Source of the DNA: a virus
Lineage: Duplodnaviria > Heunggongvirae > Uroviricota > Caudoviricetes
Strand: one strand, 5' to 3'
DNA: 10,984 bases
Virus record (IMG/VR): IMGVR_UViG_2778261151_000017
Coordinates: 1 to 10,984 of that record
Shown: one piece after another, positions 1 through 9,092 of the stretch
Position numbering within the stretch: the first letter of the stretch is position 1
Layout of the letters: each line of letters opens with the position of its first letter
The notes under the pieces: model-generated
Database searches by the model: none
Told to the model about the DNA's origin: nothing
Seen by the model: only the letters and a program-made list of their open reading frames with translations
Program-made: the position numbers and the translations under genes

Positions 1-648
1 ATGGCAGCGACGCACACACTCCCTCTGGCGTCACCGGGCATGGCACGCATCTGCCTTTACGGGGATTTACAACGATTTGGCCGCCGCATCGACCTTCGAG
101 TGAAAACGGGGTCTGAAGCCATCCGGGCGCTGGCCATGCAGATCCCGGCGTTTCGTCAGAAACTGAGCGACGGCTGGTACCAGGTACGCATTGCCGGGCG
201 TGATGCAGGTGAAACCGAATTGTCTGCCCGTCTTAATGAGCCGCTGGCAAATGGTGCCGTGATCCACATCGTGCCGCGTCTGGCGGGAGCTAAAAGTGGC
301 GGTGTGTTTCAGGTGGTGCTGGGGGCGGCGCTGATTGCGGTGGCATGGTGGAACCCTGTGGGCTGGCTGGGTGCCGCGGCTGTATCGGGCATGTATGCGG
401 CAGGGGCCAGTATGATCCTGGGCGGAGTGGCGCAGATGCTGGCACCGAAAGCCAGGACGCCCACGGCAGCAAGTACAGATAACGGCAAACAGAACACCTA
501 TTTCTCCTCACTGGATAACATGGTTGCCCAGGGCAATGTTCTGCCGGTTCTGTACGGTGAAATGCGCGTGGGGTCACGCGTGGTTTCTCAGGAAATCAGC
601 ACGGCAGACGAAGGGGATGGTGGGCAGGTTGTGGTGATTGGTCGCTGA
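1..648 (+). CDS. I: Tail tip assembly protein I (lambda gpI-like), 215 aa
   Basis: ORF of 215 aa starting with ATG at position 1. The N-terminus (MAATHTLPLASPGMARICLYGDLQRFGRRIDLRVKTG...) and C-terminus (...KQNTYFSSLDNMVAQGNVLPVLYGEMRVGSRVVSQEISTADEGDGGQVVVIGR) match my recollection of lambda gpI; the middle is Gly/Ala-rich and hydrophobic. It lies immediately upstream of J, as in lambda. The identification is from memory. Confidence 0.88.
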   Translation: MAATHTLPLASPGMARICLYGDLQRFGRRIDLRVKTGSEAIRALAMQIPAFRQKLSDGWYQVRIAGRDAGETELSARLNEPLANGAVIHIVPRLAGAKSGGVFQVVLGAALIAVAWWNPVGWLGAAAVSGMYAAGASMILGGVAQMLAPKARTPTAASTDNGKQNTYFSSLDNMVAQGNVLPVLYGEMRVGSRVVSQEISTADEGDGGQVVVIGR

Positions 649-666
649 TGCAAAATGTTTTATGTG

Positions 667-687
667 AAACCGCCTCCGGGCGGTTTT
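667..687 (+). other. GC-rich hairpin in the I-J intergenic spacer (possible attenuator or RNA stability element)
   Basis: aaaccgcc (667-674), loop tccg, ggcggttt (679-686) form an 8-bp stem, followed by a T-rich stretch (tttt a tcg ttt). It sits between the I stop (646-648) and the J ribosome-binding site GGAG (697-700). Confidence 0.3.
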
Positions 688-708
688 ATCGTTTATGGAG
701 CATGACGA

Positions 709-3700
709 ATGGGTAAAGGCAGCAGTAAGGGGCATACCCCGCGCGAAGCGAAGGACAACCTGAAGTCCACGCAGTTGCTGAGTGTGATCGATGCCATCAG
801 CGAAGGGCCGGTTGAAGGTCCGGTGGATGGATTAAAAAGCGTGCTGCTGAACAGTACGCCGGTGCTGGACACTGAGGGGAATACCAACATCTCCGGTGTC
901 ACGGTGGTGTTCCGTGCCGGTGAGCAGGAGCAGACACCGCCGGAGGGGTTTGAATCCTCCGGCTCCGAGACGGTGCTGGGTACGGAAGTGAAATATGACA
1001 CGCCGATCACCCGCACCATTACGTCTGCAAACATCGACCGTCTGCGCTTTACCTTCGGTGTGCAGGCACTGGTGGAAACCACCTCAAAGGGGGACCGGAA
1101 TCCATCGGAAGTCCGCCTGCTGGTTCAGATACAACGTAACGGTGGCTGGGTGACGGAAAAGGACATCACCATTAAGGGCAAAACCACCTCGCAGTATCTG
1201 GCCTCGGTGGTGGTGGATAACCTGCCGCCGCGCCCGTTCAGTATCCGGATGCGCAGAATGACGCCGGACAGCACCACAGACCAGTTGCAGAACAAAACGC
1301 TCTGGTCGTCATACACCGAAATTATCGATGTGAAACAGGGCTACCCGAACACGGCACTGGTCGGCGTACAGGTGGATTCGGAGCAGTTCGGCAGCCAGCA
1401 GGTGAGCCGTAATTATCATCTTCGCGGGCGCATTCTGCAGGTGCCGTCGAACTATAACCCGCAGACGCGACAATACAGCGGTATCTGGGACGGAACGTTA
1501 AAACCAGCATACAGCAACAACATGGCCTGGTGTCTGTGGGATATGCTGACCCACCCGCGCTACGGCATGGGAAAACGTCTTGGTGCGGCGGATGTGGACA
1601 AATGGGCGCTGTATGTCATCGGCCAGTACTGCGACCAGTCAGTGCCGGACGGCTTTGGCGGCACGGAGCCGCGCATCACCTGTAATGCGTACCTGACCAC
1701 ACAGCGCAAGGCGTGGGATGTGCTCAGTGATTTCTGCTCGGCGATGCGCTGTATGCCGGTATGGAACGGGCAGACGCTGACGTTCGTGCAGGACCGACCG
1801 TCGGATAAGGTGTGGGCCTATAACCGCAGTAATGTGGTGATGCCGGATGATGGTGCGCCGTTCCGCTACAGTTTCAGCGCCCTGAAAGACCGCCATAATG
1901 CCGTTGAGGTGAACTGGATTGACCCGGATAACGGCTGGGAGACGGCGACAGAGCTTGTTGAAGATACGCAGGCCATTGCCCGTTACGGTCGTAACGTCAC
2001 GAAGATGGATGCCTTTGGCTGTACCAGCCGGGGGCAGGCGCACCGCGCCGGGCTGTGGCTGATTAAAACGGAACTGCTGGAAACGCAGACCGTGGACTTC
2101 AGCGTGGGTGCGGAAGGGCTTCGCCATGTACCGGGGGATGTCATTGAAATCTGCGATGATGACTATGCGGGTATCAGCACCGGCGGGCGCGTGCTGGCGG
2201 TGAACAGCCAGACCCGGACGCTGACGCTCGACCGTGAAATCACGCTGCCATCCTCCGGTACCACGCTGATAAGCCTGGTTGACGGTCAGGGTAATCCGGT
2301 CAGCGTGGAGGTCCAGTCCGTCACCGACGGCGTGAAGGTGAAAGTGAGCCGTGTTCCTGACGGCGTTGCAGAATACAGCGTGTGGGGGCTGAAGCTGCCG
2401 ACGCTGCGCCAGCGCCTGTTCCGCTGCGTGAGTATCCGTGAGAACGACGACGGCACGTATGCCATCACCGCCGTGCAGCATGTACCGGAAAAAGAGGCCA
2501 TCGTGGATAACGGGGCGCACTTTGACGGCGACCAGAGCGGCACGGTAAATGGTGTCACGCCGCCAGCGGTGCAGCACCTGACTGCCGAAGTCACCGCAGA
2601 CAGCGGGGAATATCAGGTGCTGGCGCGCTGGGACACGCCGAAGGTGGTGAAGGGCGTGAGTTTCCTGCTTCGCCTGACCGTGGCAGCGGATGACGGCAGT
2701 GAGCGGCTGGTCAGCACGGCCCGGACGGCGGAAACCACATACCGCTTCACGCAACTGGCGCTGGGGAACTACAGGCTGACAGTCCGGGCGGTAAATGCGT
2801 GGGGACAGCAGGGCGATCCGGCATCGGTATCGTTCCGGATTGCCGCACCGGCAGCGCCGTCTCGGATTGAGCTGACGCCGGGCTATTTTCAGATAACCGC
2901 CACGCCGCATCTTGCGGTTTATGATCCGACGGTACAGTTTGAGTTCTGGTTCTCGGAAAAGCGGATTGCGGATATCAGGCAGGTTGAAACCACAGCCCGC
3001 TATCTTGGTACGGCGCTGTACTGGATAGCCGCCAGTATCAATATCAAACCGGGCCATGATTATTACTTTTATATCCGCAGTGTGAACACCGTTGGCAAAT
3101 CGGTATTCGTGGAGGCTGTTGGTCAGCCGAGTGATGATGCATCCGGCTATCTGGATTTTTTCAAAGGCGAGATAGGGAAAACCCATCTGGCTCAGGAGCT
3201 GTGGACGCAGATTGATAACGGTCAGCTTGCGCCTGACCTGGCTGAAATCAGGACGTCCATTACGGATGTCAGCAATGAAATCACACAGACCGTCAATAAG
3301 AAACTGGAAGACCAGAGTGCAGCGATCCAGCAGATACAGAAGGTTCAGGTTGATACAAATAATAACCTGAACAGCATGTGGGCAGTGAAGCTGCAGCAGA
3401 TGCAGGACGGACGCCTTTATATTGCGGGTATCGGTGCCGGTATTGAGAACACCCCTGACGGCATGCAGAGTCAGGTGCTGCTGGCGGCGGACAGGATTGC
3501 GATGATTAATCCTGCAAATGGCAACACAAAACCGATGTTTGTTGGTCAGGGTGATCAGATATTCATGAATGACGTGTTCCTGAAACGCCTGACGGCTCCC
3601 ACCATTACCAGCGGTGGAAATCCGCCGGCATTTTCCCTGACACCGGACGGAAAGCTGACCGCTAAAAATGCGGATATCAGTGGCAGTGTGAATGCGAACG

Positions 3701-4206
3701 CCGGGACGCTCAACAATGTCACGGTAAATGAAAACTGTACGATTAAGGGCATGCTGGAGGCGACTCAGGTCAGAGGTGACTTCGTTAAAGCTGTATCCAA
3801 ATCATTCCCGAAACAGGCTGGTACGTGGGGTAATACGGAAACACCAAACGGGACGGTTACAGTCACCATCAGCGATGATCATAACTTTGACCGTCAAATC
3901 ATTATTCCGCCCATTATCTTTAACGGAATAGCGTATAGCGATCCGGGAAGTGGTAATAACCCGGGAGGTACAAGATACACGGGTTATGGTTTTGAAGTTC
4001 GCAAAAACGGCGTATTAATCGCATCCAGAGAAACTAAAGGGGCCATTCCCGGTAGTTACAGTGCAGTTATTGATATGCCGAGTGGCAGGGGAAGCGTCAC
4101 TCTGGAGTTTAAGATTTTCCAGAAAGGCAATCAGGGGGCAGGCAATATCACCGACTGTACGGTGATTGTGACCAAAAAAGCCGCTTCCGGCATCAGTATT
4201 CGTTGA
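709..4206 (+). CDS. J: Tail tip host-specificity protein / central tail fibre J (lambda gpJ-like), 1165 aa
   Basis: ORF of 1165 aa with GGAG 8 nt upstream of the ATG. The N-terminal and central sequence ([34 protein letters not shown]..., [37 protein letters not shown]...) matches my recollection of lambda J. The size is close to lambda J (about 1130 aa) and it follows I. The C-terminal part (after about nt 3200) is the region I am least able to match from memory. Confidence 0.92.
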   Translation: MGKGSSKGHTPREAKDNLKSTQLLSVIDAISEGPVEGPVDGLKSVLLNSTPVLDTEGNTNISGVTVVFRAGEQEQTPPEGFESSGSETVLGTEVKYDTPITRTITSANIDRLRFTFGVQALVETTSKGDRNPSEVRLLVQIQRNGGWVTEKDITIKGKTTSQYLASVVVDNLPPRPFSIRMRRMTPDSTTDQLQNKTLWSSYTEIIDVKQGYPNTALVGVQVDSEQFGSQQVSRNYHLRGRILQVPSNYNPQTRQYSGIWDGTLKPAYSNNMAWCLWDMLTHPRYGMGKRLGAADVDKWALYVIGQYCDQSVPDGFGGTEPRITCNAYLTTQRKAWDVLSDFCSAMRCMPVWNGQTLTFVQDRPSDKVWAYNRSNVVMPDDGAPFRYSFSALKDRHNAVEVNWIDPDNGWETATELVEDTQAIARYGRNVTKMDAFGCTSRGQAHRAGLWLIKTELLETQTVDFSVGAEGLRHVPGDVIEICDDDYAGISTGGRVLAVNSQTRTLTLDREITLPSSGTTLISLVDGQGNPVSVEVQSVTDGVKVKVSRVPDGVAEYSVWGLKLPTLRQRLFRCVSIRENDDGTYAITAVQHVPEKEAIVDNGAHFDGDQSGTVNGVTPPAVQHLTAEVTADSGEYQVLARWDTPKVVKGVSFLLRLTVAADDGSERLVSTARTAETTYRFTQLALGNYRLTVRAVNAWGQQGDPASVSFRIAAPAAPSRIELTPGYFQITATPHLAVYDPTVQFEFWFSEKRIADIRQVETTARYLGTALYWIAASINIKPGHDYYFYIRSVNTVGKSVFVEAVGQPSDDASGYLDFFKGEIGKTHLAQELWTQIDNGQLAPDLAEIRTSITDVSNEITQTVNKKLEDQSAAIQQIQKVQVDTNNNLNSMWAVKLQQMQDGRLYIAGIGAGIENTPDGMQSQVLLAADRIAMINPANGNTKPMFVGQGDQIFMNDVFLKRLTAPTITSGGNPPAFSLTPDGKLTAKNADISGSVNANAGTLNNVTVNENCTIKGMLEATQVRGDFVKAVSKSFPKQAGTWGNTETPNGTVTVTISDDHNFDRQIIIPPIIFNGIAYSDPGSGNNPGGTRYTGYGFEVRKNGVLIASRETKGAIPGSYSAVIDMPSGRGSVTLEFKIFQKGNQGAGNITDCTVIVTKKAASGISIR

Positions 4207-4224
4207 AATATTTATAACCCCAAT

Positions 4225-4252
4225 AAAGGGCGTCAGGAATGACGCCTTTTTT
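4225..4252 (+). terminator. Rho-independent terminator-like hairpin downstream of J
   Basis: Stem ggcgtca (4229-4235), loop ggaa, tgacgcc (4240-4246), extendable by A:U pairs, followed by tttttt (4247-4252). It starts 19 nt after the J stop codon. Confidence 0.6.
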
Positions 4253-4276
4253 ATTGCAGAAAAGCGAGAGGTAATT

Positions 4277-4876
4277 ATGCGTAAAGTTTGTGCAGCAATT
4301 TTGTCCGCAGCCATTTGTCTGGCCGTATCCGGTGCGCCTGCATGGGCGTCTGAACATCAGTCCACGCTGAGCGCGGGGTATCTTCATGCCTCGACGAACG
4401 TCCCCGGCAGTGATGATCTGAACGGGATTAACGTGAAATACCGTTATGAGTTTACGGACACACTGGGGCTGGTGACGTCATTCAGCTATGCAGGAGACAA
4501 GAATCGCCAGCTGACCCGTTACAGCGATACCCGCTGGCATGAAGATTCCGTTCGTAACCGCTGGTTCAGCGTAATGGCGGGGCCGTCTGTGCGCGTGAAT
4601 GAATGGTTCAGCGCGTATGCGATGGCGGGTGTGGCTTACAGCCGTGTGTCGACTTTCTCCGGGGATTATCTTCGCGTAACTGACAACAAGGGGAAAAAGC
4701 ACGATGTGCTGACCGGAAGTGATGACGGTCGCCACAGCAACACGTCTCTGGCGTGGGGGGCTGGCGTGCAGTTTAACCCGACCGAATCCGTGGCCATTGA
4801 TATTGCTTATGAAGGCTCCGGCAGTGGTGACTGGCGCACTGACGGTTTCATCGTGGGTGTCGGTTATAAATTCTGA
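4277..4876 (+). CDS. lom: Lom outer-membrane protein (Ail/Lom family beta-barrel), 199 aa
   Basis: ORF of 199 aa with ribosome-binding site GAGAGG (4266-4271) 5 nt before the ATG. The N-terminus is signal-peptide-like (MRKVCAAILSAAICLAVSGAPAWA) and the protein ends in an aromatic residue (...GVGYKF), typical of outer-membrane beta-barrels. Sequence and position (between J and stf) match lambda lom as I recall it. Confidence 0.9.
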   Translation: MRKVCAAILSAAICLAVSGAPAWASEHQSTLSAGYLHASTNVPGSDDLNGINVKYRYEFTDTLGLVTSFSYAGDKNRQLTRYSDTRWHEDSVRNRWFSVMAGPSVRVNEWFSAYAMAGVAYSRVSTFSGDYLRVTDNKGKKHDVLTGSDDGRHSNTSLAWGAGVQFNPTESVAIDIAYEGSGSGDWRTDGFIVGVGYKF

Positions 4877-4902
4877 TTAGCCAGGTAACACAGTGTTATG
4901 AC

Positions 4903-4929
4903 AGCCCGCCGGTTCAGGCGGGCTTTTTT
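4903..4929 (+). terminator. Rho-independent terminator-like hairpin downstream of lom
   Basis: Stem agcccgcc (4903-4910), loop ggttca, ggcgggct (4917-4924) is a perfect 8-bp GC-rich stem followed by ttttt (4925-4929). It lies 27 nt after the lom stop and just before the stf start. Confidence 0.6.
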
Positions 4930-4940
4930 GTGGGGTGAAT

Positions 4941-7900
4941 ATGGCAGTAAAGATTTCAGGTGTACTGAAAGACGGCACAGGAAAACCGGTACAGAACTGC
5001 ACAATCCAGCTGAAAGCAAAACGTAACAGCACCACGGTGGTGGTGAACACGCTGGCCTCAGAAAATCCGGATGAAGCCGGGCGTTACAGCATGGACGTTG
5101 AGTACGGGCAGTACAGCGTTATTCTGTTGGTGGAAGGCTTCCCGCCGTCACATGCCGGGACCATCGCCGTGTATGAAGATTCCCGACCCGGTACGCTGAA
5201 TGATTTTCTCGGTGCCATGACGGAGGATGATGCCCGTCCTGAGGCACTGCGCCGTTTTGAACTGATGGTGGAAGAGGTGGCGCGTAACGCGTCCGCGGTG
5301 GCACAGAACACGGCAGCCGCGAAGAAGTCAGCCAGCGATGCCGGCACATCAGCCCGTGAGGCGGCAACCCATGCGACTGATGCTGCAGGCTCAGCACGCG
5401 CAGCCAGCACGTCAGCCGGACAGGCCGCTTCGTCGGCTCAGTCAGCGTCTTCCAGCGCAGGAACGGCATCAACAAAGGCCACTGAAGCGGAAAAAAGTGC
5501 TGCCGCTGCAGAGTCCTCAAAAAGCGCGGCGGTCACCAGTGCCGCTGCGGCGAAAACGTCAGAAACGAATGCGGCAGCGTCACAACAATCAGCAGCCACT
5601 TCTGCATCCGCCGCGACCACGAAGGCGTCAGAAGCAGCCACCTCAGCCCGGGATGCGGCGGCCTCAAAAGAGGCAGCGAAATCATCAGAAACGAACGCAT
5701 CATCAAGCGCCAGTAGTGCCGCTTCCTCGGCAACGGCGGCAGGAAATTCCGCGAAGGCGGCAAAAACGTCCGAGACGAACGCCAGGTCTTCTGAAACGGC
5801 AGCGGGACAGAGTGCCTCAGCTGCGGCAGGCTCAAAAACAGCGGCTGCATCATCTGCCAGTGCCGCATCAACAAGTGCCGGGCAGGCCTCAGCCAGTGCC
5901 ACCGCTGCCGGAAAGTCGGCAGAAAGTGCCGCATCGTCTGCTTCAACAGCCACAACGAAGGCTGGCGAAGCCACTGAACAGGCCAGCGCAGCAGCGAGGT
6001 CAGCTTCCGCAGCGAAGACATCCGAAACGAACGCGAAAGCGTCGGAAACCCGTGCAGAATCCTCAAAAACGGCTGCCGCATCGTCAGCCAGTTCGGCGGC
6101 GTCATCGGCATCATCGGCGTCTGCTTCAAAAGATGAGGCGACCATACAGGCGTCAGCAGCGAAGGGCAGCGCCACGACGGCATCCACGAAGGCGACAGAG
6201 GCTGCTGGTAGTGCGACGGCAGCAGCTCAGAGCAAAAGTACGGCGGAATCTGCAGCAACGCGCGCTGAGACAGCGGCAAAACGGGCAGAGGATATTGCAT
6301 CCGCCGTGGCGCTTGAGGATGCGAGCACGACGAAAAAGGGGATAGTACAGCTCAGTAGTGCGACTAACAGCACGTCTGAAACGCTGGCGGCAACGCCAAA
6401 GGCAGTAAAATCAGCCTATGACAATGCAGAGAAACGTCTGCAGAAAGACCAGAACGGCGCTGATATACCCGATAAGGGACGCTTCCTGAACAACATTAAC
6501 GCGGTCAGTAAAACAGACTTTGCTGATAAGCGTGGTATGCGTTATGTGCGGGTTAACGCTCCTGCAGGTGCAACATCTGGAAAATATTACCCTGTTGTTG
6601 TTATGCGTTCTGCTGGCTCAGTAAGCGAACTGGCATCAAGGGTCATTATCACCACGGCAACGCGAACCGCAGGCGATCCGATGAATAACTGCGAGTTTAA
6701 CGGATTTGTTATGCCTGGTGGCTGGACTGACAGGGGGCGTTATGCTTATGGAATGTTCTGGCAATATCAAAACAATGAACGAGCCATCCACTCAATAATG
6801 ATGAGTAATAAGGGCGATGATTTGCGCTCTGTGTTCTATGTTGATGGCGCTGCTTTCCCTGTTTTTGCGTTTATCGAAGATGGCCTGTCAATATCCGCAC
6901 CTGGTGCTGATCTCGTTGTTAATGATACGACCTATAAGTTTGGGGCAACAAATCCGGCGACTGAATGTATCGCGGCGGACGTTATCCTTGATTTTAAGAG
7001 TGGGCGTGGTTTTTATGAGTCTCATTCGTTAATCGTTAACGATAACTTGTCGTGCAAAAAACTTTTTGCCACAGACGAAATTGTAGCGCGTGGTGGTAAT
7101 CAGATTCGAATGATAGGTGGGGAGTATGGGGCATTATGGCGTAATGATGGCGCTAAAACTTACCTGCTGCTTACCAATCAAGGTGATGTTTATGGTGGCT
7201 GGAATACATTAAGACCGTTTGCTATTGATAACGCAACCGGCGAACTGGTTATTGGAACCAAACTGTCCGCAAGTCTGAACGGTAATGCATTAACAGCAAC
7301 AAAGCTGCAAACGCCAAGACGGGTTTCTGGTGTTGAGTTTGATGGTTCCAAAGATATTACTTTAACCGCCGCGCATGTGGCTGCTTTTGCCAGAAGGGCA
7401 ACGGATACATATGCCGATGCGGATGGTGGCGTTCCCTGGAATGCCGAATCAGGCGCTTATAATGTCACCCGCTCTGGCGACAGCTATATTCTGGTTAACT
7501 TCTATACCGGAGTCGGAAGTTGCCGGACCTTGCAGATGAAGGCGCATTACAGAAATGGTGGTCTGTTCTACCGTTCTTCAAGAGACGGTTATGGTTTTGA
7601 GGAAGACTGGGCAGAAGTTTATACCTCGAAAAATCTTCCACCAGAAAGCTACCCAGTCGGCGCACCAATCCCGTGGCCATCAGATACCGTTCCGTCTGGT
7701 TATGCCCTGATGCAGGGGCAGACTTTTGACAAATCTGCCTACCCGAAACTTGCAGCCGCTTATCCGTCAGGCGTGATCCCTGATATGCGTGGCTGGACGA
7801 TTAAGGGCAAGCCCGCCAGTGGTCGTGCCGTATTGTCTCAGGAACAGGACGGCATAAAATCGCATACCCACAGCGCCAGCGCATCCAGTACTGATTTGGG

Positions 7901-8342
7901 GACGAAAACCACATCGTCGTTTGATTACGGCACTAAATCCACGAATAACACTGGTGCGCATACCCATAGTATTAGCGGGACCGCAAATAGTGCCGGCGCG
8001 CACCAACACAAGAGTTCCGGTGCATTTGGTGGCACGAACACGAGCATTTTCCCTAATGGTTATACCGCGATTTCAAATCCAAGCGCGGGGATTATGAGCA
8101 CAACAAGCGGTAGTGGCCAGACTCGTAATGCAGGGAAGACATCATCAGATGGTGCTCATACCCACTCGCTGTCCGGCACTGCTGCAAGCGCAGGCGCACA
8201 TGCACATACTGTCGGTATTGGTGCTCATACGCACTCCGTTGCGATTGGCTCACATGGACACACCATCACCGTTAACGCTGCGGGTAACGCGGAAAACACC
8301 GTCAAAAACATCGCATTTAACTATATTGTGAGGCTTGCATAA
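4941..8342 (+). CDS. stf: Side tail fibre protein Stf (lambda Stf-like), intact, about 1133 aa
   Basis: One continuous ORF. The N-terminus [26 protein letters not shown] and the C-terminus ...[11 protein letters not shown] match lambda Stf as I recall it. It contains a long Ala/Ser/Thr-rich segment with repeated K(T/S)SETNA motifs, the tail-fibre motif [43 protein letters not shown], and C-terminal His-x-His repeats (GAHTHS, GAHAHT, GSHGHT). I place the start at ATG 4941; the ORF track starts at an in-frame GTG at 4935, which is less likely. Confidence 0.88.
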   Translation: MAVKISGVLKDGTGKPVQNCTIQLKAKRNSTTVVVNTLASENPDEAGRYSMDVEYGQYSVILLVEGFPPSHAGTIAVYEDSRPGTLNDFLGAMTEDDARPEALRRFELMVEEVARNASAVAQNTAAAKKSASDAGTSAREAATHATDAAGSARAASTSAGQAASSAQSASSSAGTASTKATEAEKSAAAAESSKSAAVTSAAAAKTSETNAAASQQSAATSASAATTKASEAATSARDAAASKEAAKSSETNASSSASSAASSATAAGNSAKAAKTSETNARSSETAAGQSASAAAGSKTAAASSASAASTSAGQASASATAAGKSAESAASSASTATTKAGEATEQASAAARSASAAKTSETNAKASETRAESSKTAAASSASSAASSASSASASKDEATIQASAAKGSATTASTKATEAAGSATAAAQSKSTAESAATRAETAAKRAEDIASAVALEDASTTKKGIVQLSSATNSTSETLAATPKAVKSAYDNAEKRLQKDQNGADIPDKGRFLNNINAVSKTDFADKRGMRYVRVNAPAGATSGKYYPVVVMRSAGSVSELASRVIITTATRTAGDPMNNCEFNGFVMPGGWTDRGRYAYGMFWQYQNNERAIHSIMMSNKGDDLRSVFYVDGAAFPVFAFIEDGLSISAPGADLVVNDTTYKFGATNPATECIAADVILDFKSGRGFYESHSLIVNDNLSCKKLFATDEIVARGGNQIRMIGGEYGALWRNDGAKTYLLLTNQGDVYGGWNTLRPFAIDNATGELVIGTKLSASLNGNALTATKLQTPRRVSGVEFDGSKDITLTAAHVAAFARRATDTYADADGGVPWNAESGAYNVTRSGDSYILVNFYTGVGSCRTLQMKAHYRNGGLFYRSSRDGYGFEEDWAEVYTSKNLPPESYPVGAPIPWPSDTVPSGYALMQGQTFDKSAYPKLAAAYPSGVIPDMRGWTIKGKPASGRAVLSQEQDGIKSHTHSASASSTDLGTKTTSSFDYGTKSTNNTGAHTHSISGTANSAGAHQHKSSGAFGGTNTSIFPNGYTAISNPSAGIMSTTSGSGQTRNAGKTSSDGAHTHSLSGTAASAGAHAHTVGIGAHTHSVAIGSHGHTITVNAAGNAENTVKNIAFNYIVRLA
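5283..6336 (+). repeat. Low-complexity Ala/Ser/Thr-rich coding repeat region inside stf
   Basis: About 350 codons are dominated by GCN, TCN and ACN codons. At least four imperfect copies of a roughly 24-nt unit encoding AAK(T/S)SETNA occur near 5553-5575, 5677-5699, 5763-5785 and 6013-6035. This region generates long spurious ORFs in the other frames. Confidence 0.65.
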
Positions 8343-8926
8343 TGGCATTCAGAATGAGTGAACAAGCACGGACTATAAAAATTTATAATCTGCTGGCCGG
8401 AACTAATGAATTTATTGGTGAAGGTGACGCATATATTCCGCCTCATACAGGTCTGCCAGCAAACAGTACCGATATTGCACCACCAGATATTCCGGCAGGC
8501 TTCGTGGCTGTTTTCAACAGTGATGAGGCATCGTGGCATCTCGTTGAAGACCATCGGGGTAAAACGGTTTATGACGTGGCTTCCGGCGACGCGTTATTTA
8601 TTTCTGAACTTGGCTCGTTACCGGAAAATGTCACCTGGTTATCGCCGGAAGGGGAATATCAGAAGTGGAACGGCACAGCCTGGGTGAAGGATCCGGAAGC
8701 AGAAAAACTGTTCCGGATCCGGGAGGCGGAAGAAACAAAAAACAGCCTGATGCAGGTAGCCAGTGAGCATATAGCGCCACTTCAGGATGCTGTAGATCTG
8801 GAGATCGCAACGGAGGAAGAAACCTCATTGCTGGAAGCCTGGAAAAAATATCGGGTGTTGCTGAACCGTGTTAATACAACAACTGCACCTGATATTGAGT
8901 GGCCGGAAGAACCAGACACAATGTAA
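8342..8926 (+). CDS. tfa: Tail fibre assembly protein / chaperone Tfa (lambda Tfa-like), 194 aa
   Basis: ORF of 194 aa beginning [44 protein letters not shown]..., matching my recollection of lambda Tfa. Its ATG overlaps the stf stop by 1 nt (TAATG at 8340-8344), and GAGG (8330-8333) lies 8 nt upstream. Confidence 0.9.
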   Translation: MAFRMSEQARTIKIYNLLAGTNEFIGEGDAYIPPHTGLPANSTDIAPPDIPAGFVAVFNSDEASWHLVEDHRGKTVYDVASGDALFISELGSLPENVTWLSPEGEYQKWNGTAWVKDPEAEKLFRIREAEETKNSLMQVASEHIAPLQDAVDLEIATEEETSLLEAWKKYRVLLNRVNTTTAPDIEWPEEPDTM

Positions 8927-8940
8927 GCGAAAAAGAAAAA

Positions 8941-8973
8941 CCGCAGACACGACGTATGCAGGACGTGCTGCGG
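8941..8973. terminator. Candidate bidirectional terminator hairpin between convergent tfa (+) and the 252-aa gene (-)
   Basis: ccgcag(a)cacg (8941-8951), loop of about 12 nt, cgtgctgcgg (8964-8973) form a roughly 10-bp stem with one bulge. It is followed by ttt on the + strand and preceded by aaaagaaaaa (8931-8940), which reads TTTTTCTTTT on the - strand, so the - strand direction looks the more canonical. Confidence 0.4.
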
Positions 8974-9092
8974 TTTGGCTAGTAAACTTTTGATAGTGCG
9001 AGTATTGAATGATTTCCAGCCCATTACTCATTTTACGCTTTTCACGCGCAAGAGAAATTGAACTTTATTCCTCTGTCACCACATGACGGGGA

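Noticed and set aside
67-577. Small - strand ORFs (67-267, 290-577, 309-497) inside gene I
   Set aside because: They are antisense to the recognisable gene I, short, and have no start context; they are GC-rich frame artefacts.
1639-3186. 515-aa ORF on the - strand entirely inside J
   Set aside because: It is antisense to a gene with clear lambda J identity. The predicted protein is Arg/Cys/Pro-rich low-complexity sequence typical of the reverse frame of a GC-rich gene, with no ribosome-binding site or recognisable domain.
4935-4940. GTG at 4935 as the stf start (as in the ORF track)
   Set aside because: The ATG at 4941 gives the N-terminus MAVKISG..., matching lambda Stf as I recall it, and has better spacing from the G-rich ribosome-binding site (4932-4937). 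The GTG would overlap that site.
5084-6345. Several long overlapping ORFs in other frames (5338-6345 +, 5438-6187 -, 5533-6300 -, 5119-5520 -, 5084-5410 -)
   Set aside because: All lie within the Ala/Ser-rich repeat region of stf. Their translations are Arg/Pro/Gln-rich or Ala/Asp-rich low-complexity sequence, which is what alternative frames of GCN/TCN repeats produce. The stf frame is the one with homology and the coupled tfa start.
4941-8926. Invertible tail-fibre segment of the Mu, P1 or e14 type
   Set aside because: No invertase gene and no inverted crossover repeats flank the fibre C-terminal or tfa region. tfa is on the same strand and coupled to stf, as in lambda.
8321-9031. Short ORFs overlapping tfa and its 3' flank (8406-8687 +, 8321-8554 -, 8631-8828 -, 8782-9024 -, 8825-9031 -)
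   Set aside because: They overlap the recognisable tfa coding frame or span the intergenic terminator hairpin. They are short, lack ribosome-binding sites, and their translations are Cys/Phe-rich without domain-like character.
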